64,000 nt of DNA from an uncultured Bacilli bacterium (GTDB lineage Bacteria; Bacillota_I; Bacilli_A; RFN20; CAG-826): NCBI GenBank assembly GCA_944358865.1, contig CALVRV010000001.1, forward strand, positions 21,186 through 85,185, in the 5' to 3' direction. The notes under the pieces were generated by a model. The model was not told the origin of the DNA and made no database searches. It saw nothing but the letters and a program-made list of their open reading frames with translations. The position numbers and the translations under genes are program-made. This document shows positions 21,832 to 31,877 of this stretch, piece by piece (the first letter of the stretch is position 1; each line of letters opens with the position of its first letter).

Positions 21832-22305
21832 CTAAAAATTTTTTAAAATAGTATCAATTAATAATTTTATTGCTTCATCAACACATTGTTTTCTTATTTC
21901 TTCACGAGTACCATTAAATTCATAACGATAAACACTAATATTTGTAAATAAACCGACGCCAATATAAACTAAACCAACCTTTTTCCCTTCCATAGCACTA
22001 GGGCCTGCATTTCCAGTAAAAGAAACACATAAATCAGTTTTTAGTAGTTGCTTAGCATTATGAGCCATTTTCATGGCTATTTCTTGAGAAACAACACCAT
22101 ATTTATCAATATCATCATAACTAATTCCAAGAAGGCGAGCTTTTTCTTCGCTCATGTAAGTGACAAATCCACCTTTAAAAAATGATGAAGCACCGCTAAT
22201 AGAGGTCATCGTTTGAGCAAATAAACCACCAGTTAGTGATTCTGCACATCCTAATGTAAGATGATGTTTATTTAAAAGTTCAACTAATTGATTAATTCTT
22301 TCCAT
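21832..22305 (-). CDS. cinA: CinA C-terminal domain protein (nicotinamide-nucleotide amidohydrolase PncC-like)
   Basis: [35 protein letters not shown] motif. The ORF runs to 22356; MERINQL at 22305 is the more likely start. Confidence 0.8.
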   Translation of the reverse strand: MERINQLVELLNKHHLTLGCAESLTGGLFAQTMTSISGASSFFKGGFVTYMSEEKARLLGISYDDIDKYGVVSQEIAMKMAHNAKQLLKTDLCVSFTGNAGPSAMEGKKVGLVYIGVGLFTNISVYRYEFNGTREEIRKQCVDEAIKLLIDTILKNF

Positions 22306-22963
22306 TTTTATTCTCCAAAAATACATTTTTATTTTGATAGACATAAATAACACCACTTAAAAAAGAAACAAAAGTAGCAAGATAGACAAAAATATCACTA
22401 ATATGTAACCCAACTGGCCAGTTTGCATCAAAATAATTAAAAGGCCAACCGTTTAATAAAACTAAAGTTATAGCAATCATTTCTAATACTGTTTTAGCCT
22501 TTCCAAATTTATTTGCGGCAATAACAATATTTTTTTGTGCTGCGATAAAACGTAAGGCGTCAACAACAATATCTCTAGCTACCAATATAATCGCACACCA
22601 AACATTAAAAGTAACCGCGCTTTCACCAAACTGGTTATATTTTGCAAAAATAGAAGGAGCAATTAAAAAAATAACTAAAGAATTAATTAATAATTTATCC
22701 GCGACAGGATCTAAAAATTTACCTAAAGCAGTAACCTGATTATTCTTTCTTGCTAAATATCCATCAAGCCAGTCAGTTAAACTAGCAATTAAAAATACAA
22801 TACAAATAATCAAAAAAGTTAAGTCAATTCCACTTCCTTCAATGCCTTCAATTTGTCCAATGATGGGAGATTTAAAATCTATTAATGACATAGCAAATAA
22901 AGCAATAATCATAAAAATGATTATAATAATTCTAGATAATGTAATTTTTGTAGGTAAATTCAT
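22292..22963 (-). CDS. pgsA: CDP-diacylglycerol--glycerol-3-phosphate 3-phosphatidyltransferase
   Basis: [13 protein letters not shown]-terminus and the [10 protein letters not shown]...[11 protein letters not shown]-alcohol phosphatidyltransferase motif. Confidence 0.9.
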   Translation of the reverse strand: MNLPTKITLSRIIIIIFMIIALFAMSLIDFKSPIIGQIEGIEGSGIDLTFLIICIVFLIASLTDWLDGYLARKNNQVTALGKFLDPVADKLLINSLVIFLIAPSIFAKYNQFGESAVTFNVWCAIILVARDIVVDALRFIAAQKNIVIAANKFGKAKTVLEMIAITLVLLNGWPFNYFDANWPVGLHISDIFVYLATFVSFLSGVIYVYQNKNVFLENKNGKN

Positions 22964-22980
22964 AATCTTCCTTTCTTGTA

Positions 22981-23316
22981 GAGCAGCGGTCTAGTAAGCC
23001 ATGTTCTGTTTTAGACAATAATTTATCTATGCAATGCATGTCATCTCTTATTCATTTCTAATTGATGACTTCCCCTACCAAATTTGGGTTTCTCGCTTGT
23101 GGGGTTTACCAACGTTCCACTTCCTTGTTTCCAATTATTCGTCACTGTGGCACTTTCAGAGGATAATCATGACTTGCGTTTTAGATTATTACCTCGCCGT
23201 TATACGCTCTGATATACCTGATGTTATTTTTTCCATCAGCACAATCACTACAATCATCTCAGATTGTGCGAGCATGGACTTTCCTCTGCTTGAGCAGCTA
23301 TTGTCCGGACCGCTTT
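22981..23316 (-). ncRNA. rnpB: RNase P RNA, type B (Firmicutes-type), ~336 nt
   Basis: Minus-strand transcript contains AGAGGAAAGUCCAUGCUCGCAC (P4 5' strand, identical to the B. subtilis block), GAGAAACCCAAAUUUGGUAGGGGAA, ACAGAACAUGGCUUAC near the 3' end, and a terminal P1 pairing AGCGGUC/GACCGCU. The region is visibly GC-richer than its flanks. Confidence 0.85.
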
Positions 23317-23686
23317 ATTTAATGTTATTCGGATTTATACCTTGTTTCCACAAAAACCTTTCATAACGATCAATTTTTTTAATTAAGTCGATATTATCAA
23401 TCGTGACCTTACTTGTATCATTGATATCTTTTAATTTATCTTCGTAAGAACGGTTTTTGATTTCTAATTTATCTTTTTGCTCTTTTATTTCATGAAATTG
23501 TTTTAATAAATCATCATATTGTTTTTTCTTTAGCAACATATTTTTTTCAACCAAACGATAATCGTTAATGATGTTATCTAAAAATTCATCTACTTCATAA
23601 GAATCATAACCACTTTTAGATGGTTTAAATTGCTTATTAAGAATATCTTGGCTTGTTAAATTTAATTTAATTAATTCTTTACCCAT
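23315..23686 (-). CDS. gpsB: DivIVA-domain cell-cycle protein GpsB
   Basis: LTSQDILNKQFKPSKSGYDSYEVDEFLDNI matches the DivIVA N-terminal signature; 123 aa. Adjacent to rnpB, as gpsB (ypsB) is in B. subtilis. Confidence 0.75.
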   Translation of the reverse strand: MGKELIKLNLTSQDILNKQFKPSKSGYDSYEVDEFLDNIINDYRLVEKNMLLKKKQYDDLLKQFHEIKEQKDKLEIKNRSYEDKLKDINDTSKVTIDNIDLIKKIDRYERFLWKQGINPNNIK

Positions 23687-23801
23687 ATTTAATATTATAT
23701 ATTAATCATGCTGAATTAGTTAACAAATTTTCAAATTCTTTTATTTAAAAATTCATAATAAAAGGCTACTTTTCTAAACAAAAATATAAGATAATATATT
23801 T

Positions 23802-24539
23802 ATGGTAAAAATAAGTAAACTTTTAAAAGATAAAAAATATATAGTGTTCATTGACTTAGAAGCGACACAGACCACTCATGAAGCAATAGCTCTAGGTGCA
23901 GTTAAAGTACAAATTGGACAAAATTACACCATTAAAAAATATTATCGACCATTTTTAAGGTATATAAAATGTGATTCTAATATTGGTAAAATTGTTGAAG
24001 ACCTTACTAATTTAAATAACAAAATTATTAATATCAAAGGTAAAGACTTTAAAGATGTTTTAATTGATTTTAAACAATATGTGGGCGATTGCTTTTCAAC
24101 ATGTGCATACATGAGTTTTGGAAATTATGATTTAAAAATTTTAAATAAAACATTAGAATTTCATCAAGACGCAAATCAGCAAATTTGTGAACAAATATTT
24201 GCAAATCACATTGATTTTTTAAAAATTATATCAAAATTTATTAATGATAATGATCATATGCCCTATTCTTTAATAAATTACTGCAAATTGTTTAATATAA
24301 CTATGCAAACCCCTAATCATTCGCCAGAAAATGATGCTATAAATTTAGCAAAACTTTATGATACCTTTTTAAAAAGAAAAGATATTGTTTTTGAAGAATA
24401 TAAAAAAAGTATTACTCATATTCAAAACTTAGACGAACCACTTATTGAAATTATTAACAAATTAAATAATGAAGAAGATATATCTTATAAAGAATTTCAA
24501 ATTACCCTGAGGAAGTACATAAATGATAAATTATCCTAA
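23802..24539 (+). CDS. DEDDh-family 3'-5' exonuclease (DnaQ/KapD-like)
   Basis: Exo I VFIDLEATQ and Exo III H-x4-DA (HSPENDAINLA) motifs; 245 aa. Confidence 0.55.
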   Translation: MVKISKLLKDKKYIVFIDLEATQTTHEAIALGAVKVQIGQNYTIKKYYRPFLRYIKCDSNIGKIVEDLTNLNNKIINIKGKDFKDVLIDFKQYVGDCFSTCAYMSFGNYDLKILNKTLEFHQDANQQICEQIFANHIDFLKIISKFINDNDHMPYSLINYCKLFNITMQTPNHSPENDAINLAKLYDTFLKRKDIVFEEYKKSITHIQNLDEPLIEIINKLNNEEDISYKEFQITLRKYINDKLS

Positions 24540-25116
24540 CAAGAAAAAAACTGTTTCATTAACTAAATTAGTTAAAGAGAAAAATTTAATCACAAAAAAA
24601 GCCAATGCCGCTAATCGTGGTATGGATTTAGAAAATGATATTAATAAAACTAATGAATATTATCTTGAAAATAATATCGCATTAATATATAAAAGACCTA
24701 CACCGATTAATATTGTTAAAGTTGATTACTCTAAAGGAGCCAAAATTGTTGATGCTTATTTTGAAAAGCAATCAACAACAGATTATAACGGTGTTTATAA
24801 AGGTAAATATTTAGATTTTGAAGCTAAGTCAACACTTAGTCTAACTTCATTTCCGCTTCATAACATATATAAGCATCAAATAGTTCATTTAGAAAAAGTA
24901 AATCAAAATATGGGGATTGCATTTTTTATTATTGAATTTATTAATTTAAATGAAATTTATTTTTTAGATAGCAAATATGTCATTGATTATTATTACAATG
25001 GAAAAAGAAAATCAATACCATATGAAGATATTAAAAATAATGGTATCTTAATTAAACAAGGTTTTAAACCACGTATTGATTATTTAAAAGCGGTTGATGA
25101 ATATTATCATTTATAA
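24523..25116 (+). CDS. recU: Holliday junction resolvase RecU
   Basis: GMDLENDINKTNEYYLENNIALIYKRPTPI and the D...E-x-K block (DFEAK) typical of RecU; 197 aa; overlaps the upstream gene by 17 nt. Confidence 0.75.
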   Translation: MINYPNKKKTVSLTKLVKEKNLITKKANAANRGMDLENDINKTNEYYLENNIALIYKRPTPINIVKVDYSKGAKIVDAYFEKQSTTDYNGVYKGKYLDFEAKSTLSLTSFPLHNIYKHQIVHLEKVNQNMGIAFFIIEFINLNEIYFLDSKYVIDYYYNGKRKSIPYEDIKNNGILIKQGFKPRIDYLKAVDEYYHL

Positions 25117-25730
25117 TAATTACAATATTTTTTAATTTGACAATCGCTACATTTAGGATTAATCGCATGACAATGATATCTTCCAAAAAAGATCATTTGG
25201 TGATGCGTTTTAATCCAAAATTGTTTATCAATTAATTTTTCTAATTTTTGTTCAACTTTTAAAGGTGTATCGCTTTCACTAGCTAAATTTAATCTAGTTG
25301 CAATTCTTTTAACATGCGTATCTACCGCGATCGCGGGAATATGATAATATTCGCTTAAAAACACATTTGCGGTTTTTATTCCTACCCCTGGTAAAGAAGT
25401 AAGTTTATTAAAATCTTTAGGAACTTGTCCATCATAGTCATCTATTAAGATCTTACAAAGTTTTTTTATGTTTTTGGCTTTGTTATTTGCTAGACCAAGA
25501 GGGTGAATAATTTTTATTAAATCTTCTAAAGAAATATTATTTAATTTATAAACATCTTCATGATTTAAAAACAATTGTTTAGTAACTAAATTAACTTTTT
25601 TATCTGTCGTTTGAGCGCTTAAAATGATAGCGATAAGTAAAGAAAAATCATCAAAATAGTTTAGTTCACATTTTGCATAAGGAACTAATTTATCAAAATA
25701 GGAAAGAATATCATTTATTTTTTTGTTCAT
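25107..25730 (-). CDS. nth: endonuclease III
   Basis: HhH-GPD motif LPGVGIKTANVF and a C-terminal 4-Cys [4Fe-4S] cluster motif. The ORF extends to 25802; MNKKIND at 25730 is the likely start. Confidence 0.85.
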   Translation of the reverse strand: MNKKINDILSYFDKLVPYAKCELNYFDDFSLLIAIILSAQTTDKKVNLVTKQLFLNHEDVYKLNNISLEDLIKIIHPLGLANNKAKNIKKLCKILIDDYDGQVPKDFNKLTSLPGVGIKTANVFLSEYYHIPAIAVDTHVKRIATRLNLASESDTPLKVEQKLEKLIDKQFWIKTHHQMIFFGRYHCHAINPKCSDCQIKKYCNYYK

Positions 25731-26376
25731 CTTTAACACTGTCAACCCATGGTGTTTTTGCAATTTTAATAAGTTCATCGATATTTTTACGATAATTTTC
25801 ATCCATTAAGGTGTGCCCTTCTTTTTCAACATCTTCACGGCACGACCAATTGAGTAATATTTTATCGACACTTCTTAAAGATTTTTTATTTTTACTAATC
25901 GCCTCTTTTAATGCTTCTAAAATGATATGTTCACTATAACCAATTGAAAACCATTCTCTAATTCTAGATATTTCAATTGGAGTTAAATTTCTTTTTAAAT
26001 ATTCTTGAAATTGTTTATAGATATTTGTTATTTTTTCCTCATTATTTTTATTATTTTTTAATAAATTTTCTTCTTTTAAAGATATTTCAAATTCACGATA
26101 CAAAATTTCTTTTAGTGGCTTTAAAGTTGTGACCATTTTATTGTTTTCATTAATATAATCAATCATGTGTTTCTTTAACAAATTTGCTAAGACCTTATCA
26201 ATATCTTTTACAGGCATTGTCATTTTTAAAGATAATAAATCTGCAGTAATCATCGGATTACCTTGACTTATATAATGTTCGATAATAAATAAAGTTGCTA
26301 GTTCTTCTTCAGAAAGTTTTAATTTTTTATAATTTTCAATTAAAAGATAATAAAAATCAATCGCTTCTCCTACCAT
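25711..26376 (-). CDS. dnaD: DnaD-domain replication initiation / membrane attachment protein
   Basis: C-terminal DnaD-like block PIEISRIREW...ILEALKEA...VDKILLNW. dnaD-nth order as in B. subtilis. Confidence 0.65.
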   Translation of the reverse strand: MVGEAIDFYYLLIENYKKLKLSEEELATLFIIEHYISQGNPMITADLLSLKMTMPVKDIDKVLANLLKKHMIDYINENNKMVTTLKPLKEILYREFEISLKEENLLKNNKNNEEKITNIYKQFQEYLKRNLTPIEISRIREWFSIGYSEHIILEALKEAISKNKKSLRSVDKILLNWSCREDVEKEGHTLMDENYRKNIDELIKIAKTPWVDSVKDEQKNK

Positions 26377-27085
26377 ATGTTAAAACCTCCTCAGGAATAA
26401 TGTTTTTGTTGATATTAATGTGATATTGTTTTAATGCTGTTCTAATTTTAATAGGTGTGACACCATGATTAATCATTTTAACAATTTCTTCTTTTACTTT
26501 ATCTTGATTTAAATTGTCGAGCAAATAACCATATTCTAAAATGGCAAAATATAAAGATTCTTCAATATCAAAATCATAAATTAAAGAAAAACGTATTGCT
26601 CTTAAAATTCTTAAAGGATCTTCTTTAATTCTATCTTTGCTATTACCAATAGTTCTAATTAAATGATATTTAATATCTTCTCTACCACTAGAAAAATCAT
26701 ATATTTTTTTATCTTTATCCATGTACAAACCATTAATGGTAAAATCACGACGATAAAAATCAATTTTAATATCTTTAACAAATTCGATATAACTTGGATG
26801 ACGATAATCAAGATAAGATTTTTCCTTTCTTAAGGTCGTATAATCAAAAGTTATACCTTCAAAAATAATTCTGATAGATCCATATTTTTTAAAAGGGGTT
26901 TTTAAATTTAAAGATAGTTTTTCAACTTCTTCAATTGTTGCATCACCACATAAATCGACATCATCAATATCTATATTAAGTAGATAATCTCTAACAGTTC
27001 CACCAACAAGAAAAATATTATATCCCTCTTTATTAAACAGTTGACTTAATTTTAAAAAAGAATCATAAACATCATTAAATTTCAT
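26357..27085 (-). CDS. short class-II tRNA nucleotidyltransferase/poly(A) polymerase family protein (242 aa, head+neck only)
   Basis: GGTVRD and DxD nucleotidyltransferase motifs and the EDPLRILRAIRF neck motif. There is no ~150-aa body/tail; the stop lies inside dnaD. Confidence 0.7.
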   Translation of the reverse strand: MKFNDVYDSFLKLSQLFNKEGYNIFLVGGTVRDYLLNIDIDDVDLCGDATIEEVEKLSLNLKTPFKKYGSIRIIFEGITFDYTTLRKEKSYLDYRHPSYIEFVKDIKIDFYRRDFTINGLYMDKDKKIYDFSSGREDIKYHLIRTIGNSKDRIKEDPLRILRAIRFSLIYDFDIEESLYFAILEYGYLLDNLNQDKVKEEIVKMINHGVTPIKIRTALKQYHININKNIIPEEVLTYGRRSD

Positions 27086-27163
27086 ACAAATATTTTATAT
27101 AAAAAAGGCAAAAATAAAAGACCTAATGTTACCATTAAGCCTTTAAAAATAATAATTAAAGTA

Positions 27164-27433
27164 TTAGAGTTTAGCTTTTAAGCCTTTGCTCGCTTTAAAT
27201 CCAACAGTTTTAGCTGCAGGAATGACGATTTTTTCACCAGTTTTTGGATTAGTACCATTTCTTTCTTGACGGGTCTTGACAGAGAAAGTACCAAAATCGG
27301 TTAATTTGACAACTTCGCCAGCCACTAATTCTTTACCAACTGTTGCTAAAGCTTCATTAATAACAACTTCAACATCTTTTTTGCTAACCATAGTCTTGCT
27401 AGCAACCGCTTCAATTAATTCGAGTTTATTCAT
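27164..27433 (-). CDS. hup: DNA-binding protein HU
   Basis: 89 aa, MNKLELIEAVA...GFGTFSV...RNPKTGE pattern. Confidence 0.9.
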   Translation of the reverse strand: MNKLELIEAVASKTMVSKKDVEVVINEALATVGKELVAGEVVKLTDFGTFSVKTRQERNGTNPKTGEKIVIPAAKTVGFKASKGLKAKL

Positions 27434-27519
27434 ATTAGCATCCTCCTTAGTAATATTTAAACAATTTTTTAACCATTTGTCAAAAAAAGTTTTTTCTAGC
27501 CTAATATTTTTACAAAATT

Positions 27520-28830
27520 TTAAGTTCGTTTTCTTAAAATTATATTAATCGGAGTAGATGAAAAATCAAAGCTTTCTCTAAGACGATTTATGATGTATCT
27601 TTGATAAGAAAAATGCATGAATTTTGGGTTATTAACAAAAAGAACAATTGTGGGTGGACAAACATCGACTTGGTTAGCAAAGTAGATTTTCAATCTACCT
27701 CCATTAAAATTAGGTGCTTCATTAAGCATTTGAACATCTTGAATTACCTCATTTAAAGCATTGGTAGCAACACGTTTATGGTAGGCATTATAAGATGTTA
27801 AAATGGTATCAAAAACAGCGTTGATATTGGACTTATTTTTAGCAGAAATATAAACAATTGGAGCGTAATCTAAAAAAACAAATTCATTTTTAATTTTTTT
27901 TGTAAAATCTTGTTTTGTCATTACTTTTGTATCTATTAAATCCCATTTATTAACAACAATGATAATTGCTTTATGTTGTTCAAAAGCATAACTAACAATA
28001 TTTTTATCTTGAATAGTTATTCCATTAAAAGCATCGATTACTAATAAAACAATTTCACTTCTTTCAATCGCTCTTAAAGCTCTTAAGGCAGCATATTTAT
28101 CAACCGCTTCATAAATTTGGCCACGTTTTTTTAATCCCGCTGTGTCTATAGCGACATATTTTTGATTATTATGAGTAAAATATGTATCGACACTATCACG
28201 TGTCGTACCTTCAATATTTGAAACAATGACTCTTGTTTTATCAAGAAGCGCATTTATCAAAGATGATTTACCAACATTAGGGCGTCCAATAATTGAAAAT
28301 GTAATTGTGTCATCTTTATTTTCATCTTCATCTTCAAATTTTAAATTTTCAACTACTTTATCAAGCAAATCACCAATACCAATTCCATGACTTGATGAAA
28401 CTGCAATAGGATCACCAAAACCAAGACGATAAAAATCAGAGGCATTGTCTTTTAAATTGATGTCATCGATTTTATTTACAGCAAGTAAAATTGGCTTTTT
28501 ACATTTATATAACATCTTGGCAACTAGTTCATCATCTCTTGTCACACCAACATTACCATCACATAAAAAAATAATTACATCAGCTTCATCTATCGCTAAT
28601 TGGACTTGTTGTCTAATTTCTTTTTGAAAATCACTTTGATTTATTTCAATACCGCCGGTATCAATTAATAAAAATTGATGATTAAGCCAACTAGCGTCAC
28701 CATAAATTCGATCTCTAGTAATACCCGCTACATCATCAACGATGGAATGTCGATAACCCAAAATTCGATTAAATATCGTTGATTTGCCAACATTTGGCGC
28801 TCCAACAATAGCTACTACCGCTTTAGGCAT
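27520..28830 (-). CDS. der: ribosome biogenesis GTPase Der (EngA), double GTPase
   Basis: Two P-loops (GAPNVGKST, GRPNVGKSS) plus a KH-like C-terminus; 436 aa. Confidence 0.9.
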   Translation of the reverse strand: MPKAVVAIVGAPNVGKSTIFNRILGYRHSIVDDVAGITRDRIYGDASWLNHQFLLIDTGGIEINQSDFQKEIRQQVQLAIDEADVIIFLCDGNVGVTRDDELVAKMLYKCKKPILLAVNKIDDINLKDNASDFYRLGFGDPIAVSSSHGIGIGDLLDKVVENLKFEDEDENKDDTITFSIIGRPNVGKSSLINALLDKTRVIVSNIEGTTRDSVDTYFTHNNQKYVAIDTAGLKKRGQIYEAVDKYAALRALRAIERSEIVLLVIDAFNGITIQDKNIVSYAFEQHKAIIIVVNKWDLIDTKVMTKQDFTKKIKNEFVFLDYAPIVYISAKNKSNINAVFDTILTSYNAYHKRVATNALNEVIQDVQMLNEAPNFNGGRLKIYFANQVDVCPPTIVLFVNNPKFMHFSYQRYIINRLRESFDFSSTPINIILRKRT

Positions 28831-29509
28831 CTATTGTTACTCCTGTCTTTTTTTCAATAATTTGTAAGACTTTATCAACAGATTCTTCAATAGTTAAATA
28901 TGATGTATCTAATAAGACAGAATCAGGAGCAGCTTTTAAAGGAGCAAAGTCACGATGTGAATCAATATAGTCTCTACTTCTTACATCATTTTCAATTTCT
29001 TCTAAAGTGCAAGGAATACCTTTTGAAACATTTTCATCGTATCTTCTAACAGCTCTAGTTTCAACAGAAGCGATTTGAAAAATCTTAACATCAGCGTCAG
29101 GCAAAACGTATGTTCCAATATCTCTTCCATCCATAACAACAGAATTTTTTTGTGCCATTTTTCTTTGTTGCTCAACTAAAAATAAACGAATATCTTTATA
29201 AGAAGCAATATAAGAGACTTGACTAGAAACACGTGGTTCTCTAATTTGTCTTGTAACATCTAAACCGTTACATAAAACAATATTATTTGGTTTTAATTCA
29301 ATTTTAATTTCTGGAATTAGTTTTAAACATTCTTCTTCGTTTTTACAATCGACATTTTTTTCTAAAGCATACCAAGTAAACGCTCGATACATAGCGCCAG
29401 TATCAATATAAGTAATATTTAAAGCTTTGGCCACTAGTTTTGCTACAGTGGACTTACCTGCTGCAGCAGGACCATCAATTGCAATTGTAATAATTTTTTT
29501 ATCTAACAT
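28823..29509 (-). CDS. cmk: cytidylate kinase
   Basis: ITIAIDGPAAAGKSTVAKLVA P-loop; 228 aa. Confidence 0.9.
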   Translation of the reverse strand: MLDKKIITIAIDGPAAAGKSTVAKLVAKALNITYIDTGAMYRAFTWYALEKNVDCKNEEECLKLIPEIKIELKPNNIVLCNGLDVTRQIREPRVSSQVSYIASYKDIRLFLVEQQRKMAQKNSVVMDGRDIGTYVLPDADVKIFQIASVETRAVRRYDENVSKGIPCTLEEIENDVRSRDYIDSHRDFAPLKAAPDSVLLDTSYLTIEESVDKVLQIIEKKTGVTIDA

Positions 29510-29521
29510 AATTACCTCATA

Positions 29522-29854
29522 TTATATGCAAAGAACAACAATTAAAGTAACAATAATTGCTAATATGCCAAAAAGCGCAAGACCATATAAAACATATTTA
29601 ATTATTTTTCTTTTTCTTTCTTGATTTTCTTCGTCATCAATTGATTTTTGTTCATTTTGATGAGAAGCCTTCATAATATCATCATAAGAAAAAGATAAAG
29701 TAGAACTAGAAGAAGTATCAATACGTGGAGAATTTAAAATATCATCCGCGGTTTTAGGCTTTTCTTGATTAGAATTATTAGGAACAGTGTCGTTAATCTT
29801 TTTGCTTAAAGATTGACGATATTCTTTAAATTTACTTACTCTTGTTTCTTGCAT
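29522..29854 (-). CDS. hypothetical membrane-anchored protein (C-terminal TM helix, polar N-terminal region)
   Basis: C-terminal IIKYVLYGLALFGILAIIVTLIVVLCI; no recognised domain. Confidence 0.4.
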   Translation of the reverse strand: MQETRVSKFKEYRQSLSKKINDTVPNNSNQEKPKTADDILNSPRIDTSSSSTLSFSYDDIMKASHQNEQKSIDDEENQERKRKIIKYVLYGLALFGILAIIVTLIVVLCI

Positions 29855-30022
29855 AATTGACCTTTTCTTTTATATATTAATATAAAACAACTTATACTTC
29901 ATTAAAAAAATAAAAAATTTAAAAAATTAAGTTTGCTTTTGTGCGTAATTTGATAAATTTATCTTTGTTTTAAGAAAGAATGTGCTATAATAAAATGAAT
30001 TAATTATTAAGGAGTAATATTT

Positions 30023-31018
30023 ATGTTAAAGTTAGCGTTTTCAATTTTATCAGTATTTGTTATTAGTACTACCCTTGGGGGATATTCTAAAGGGGGCTTT
30101 ATTTATGAAGTTAATCCAAAAGAAAGAGGAAGCAATTTAGATATTGAAATTGATTATAGAACACTTGACAATTTTGATACATTAGATTTTGTAGAAGGAA
30201 ATATAGGGACAACTCAAGATAACATCGACCAATATGTTCTTGATGTATATAACAATAAAAATCATAATAAATTTGGCCATATAACATATGATTCGGCTGG
30301 TTTATTAACTAAAGAAGTAAAAACATATCAATCAGGAATTTTTCCAAATGATAATCACTATGCAACATTAAATGCATTAAAATCATATTCTTTCTATTTT
30401 GATGAATTTTATATAGATGTTCCTGTAGAAATATTATATATTCGAAACATTCCTGCCAATGTTGGTACGGTTTTTACATCTGAATTTCAATATGAACATA
30501 GTGAATTTGCTCAAACAACAACAACATTTGCCATGGAACTTCTTTTTGAATTTACTTTGACATCTGGATATGAAATAGGAATTGAATTACCAATTGATTT
30601 TATAGTTTTAAATTTATCACAATATTTTGAAGGATCTGTTGGATTTAGTACCTCTCTTTTTTATGAAATACAAACAATGAAATCAAGTTATACCCATTTT
30701 TCAAGCGTCATTTCCGAAACATATTCTATACATAACTCTAATAATTTTCCAATTTATGCTCAATTAAATTTTAGACAAAAATTTAGACTTTATTTTACTG
30801 TTAATTTAAAATACGATTACATTGTAACAGAAACAACAACTGGTATATTCCAAGATAAATCTTGGACATATGATCATGTTGGCACAAATGTTGACAGCGT
30901 AACTTTCTTCTTACTTCCAGAAGATGATCCTTACTTTGATGTTAGTAAGTATTATGACGATGCCAATGGAACAAAAACAATTTTAGAAAAATCTCATCCC
31001 TCAATTTTATATTTTTAA
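30023..31018 (+). CDS. secreted beta-rich hypothetical protein (331 aa, signal peptide), first gene of the ABC/FtsX operon
   Basis: N-terminal MLKLAFSILSVFVISTTLGG signal-like segment. The body is rich in Y/F/T/S/N with alternating hydrophobic/polar stretches. Extended -10 TGcTATAAT (29983-29991) and a strong RBS AAGGAG lie upstream. Stop TAA sits 9 nt before the next ATG. Confidence 0.55.
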   Translation: MLKLAFSILSVFVISTTLGGYSKGGFIYEVNPKERGSNLDIEIDYRTLDNFDTLDFVEGNIGTTQDNIDQYVLDVYNNKNHNKFGHITYDSAGLLTKEVKTYQSGIFPNDNHYATLNALKSYSFYFDEFYIDVPVEILYIRNIPANVGTVFTSEFQYEHSEFAQTTTTFAMELLFEFTLTSGYEIGIELPIDFIVLNLSQYFEGSVGFSTSLFYEIQTMKSSYTHFSSVISETYSIHNSNNFPIYAQLNFRQKFRLYFTVNLKYDYIVTETTTGIFQDKSWTYDHVGTNVDSVTFFLLPEDDPYFDVSKYYDDANGTKTILEKSHPSILYF

Positions 31019-31877
31019 GGATTAACTATGCTTACATTATCTAATATTAGTAAAATTTATAAAAACAAACATCGTCTAGTTCATGCTTTAGATGATATTA
31101 ACCTTTCTTTTCCAAATAAAGGATTGGTTTTTATATTAGGTGAATCAGGTGCAGGTAAATCTACTTTATTAAATCTTATCTCATTACAAGAAAAACAAAC
31201 AAAAGGTAAAATATATATTGAAGGAAAAGATACAGCATCATTAAAGAAAAATAAACTTGGAATATTAAGAAGTTCTTATTTTGGTATTATCTTTCAAGAT
31301 TTAAATTTAATTAATGATTTTAATGTTTTTCAAAATATTGCTATTGCAAAACAAATTAAGCATGAAGAAGTTAACAAAGAAGAAATAGTTCAACTATTTA
31401 ACAAATTACAATTAGATGAGTCTTTACTATATGAAAAAGTTGATAATCTTTCAGGTGGTCAAAGACAAAGAATTGCAATAATAAGAGCTTTAATTAAAGA
31501 TCCAAAAGTTATTATTTGTGATGAACCTACTGGTTCTTTAGATAGTAAAAACGCGACATCAATATTTGACATATTAAAAGAGATATCAAAAGAAAAACTA
31601 GTTATAGTTGTATCACATAATGAATTATTAGCTAATAAATACGCTGATAGGATAATTAAATTAGAACTAGGTCATATAGTTGATGATATAGATAAAAATA
31701 ATTCGTCTTTATCAAAAATAGATGAAAGTGATATCACAAATATTGATATAGATAAATTAAAAACAACTCATCTTAATTTTAAAACAACAATAAAATTAGC
31801 ATTCAATTCATTTAAAAAGAATATCGTAAGATTAATATTTGCTATGTTTACAACATTTATATCTTTAGCGGTGTTTT
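31017..31877 (+). repeat. 861-bp direct repeat copy 1 (100% identical to 33128..33988 as read), covering the RBS and the first 283 codons (ABC ATPase domain)
   Basis: Identity begins at AAGGATTAACTATG and ends at GGTGTTTT. The encoded proteins are identical over 283 aa and diverge immediately after. Confidence 0.85.
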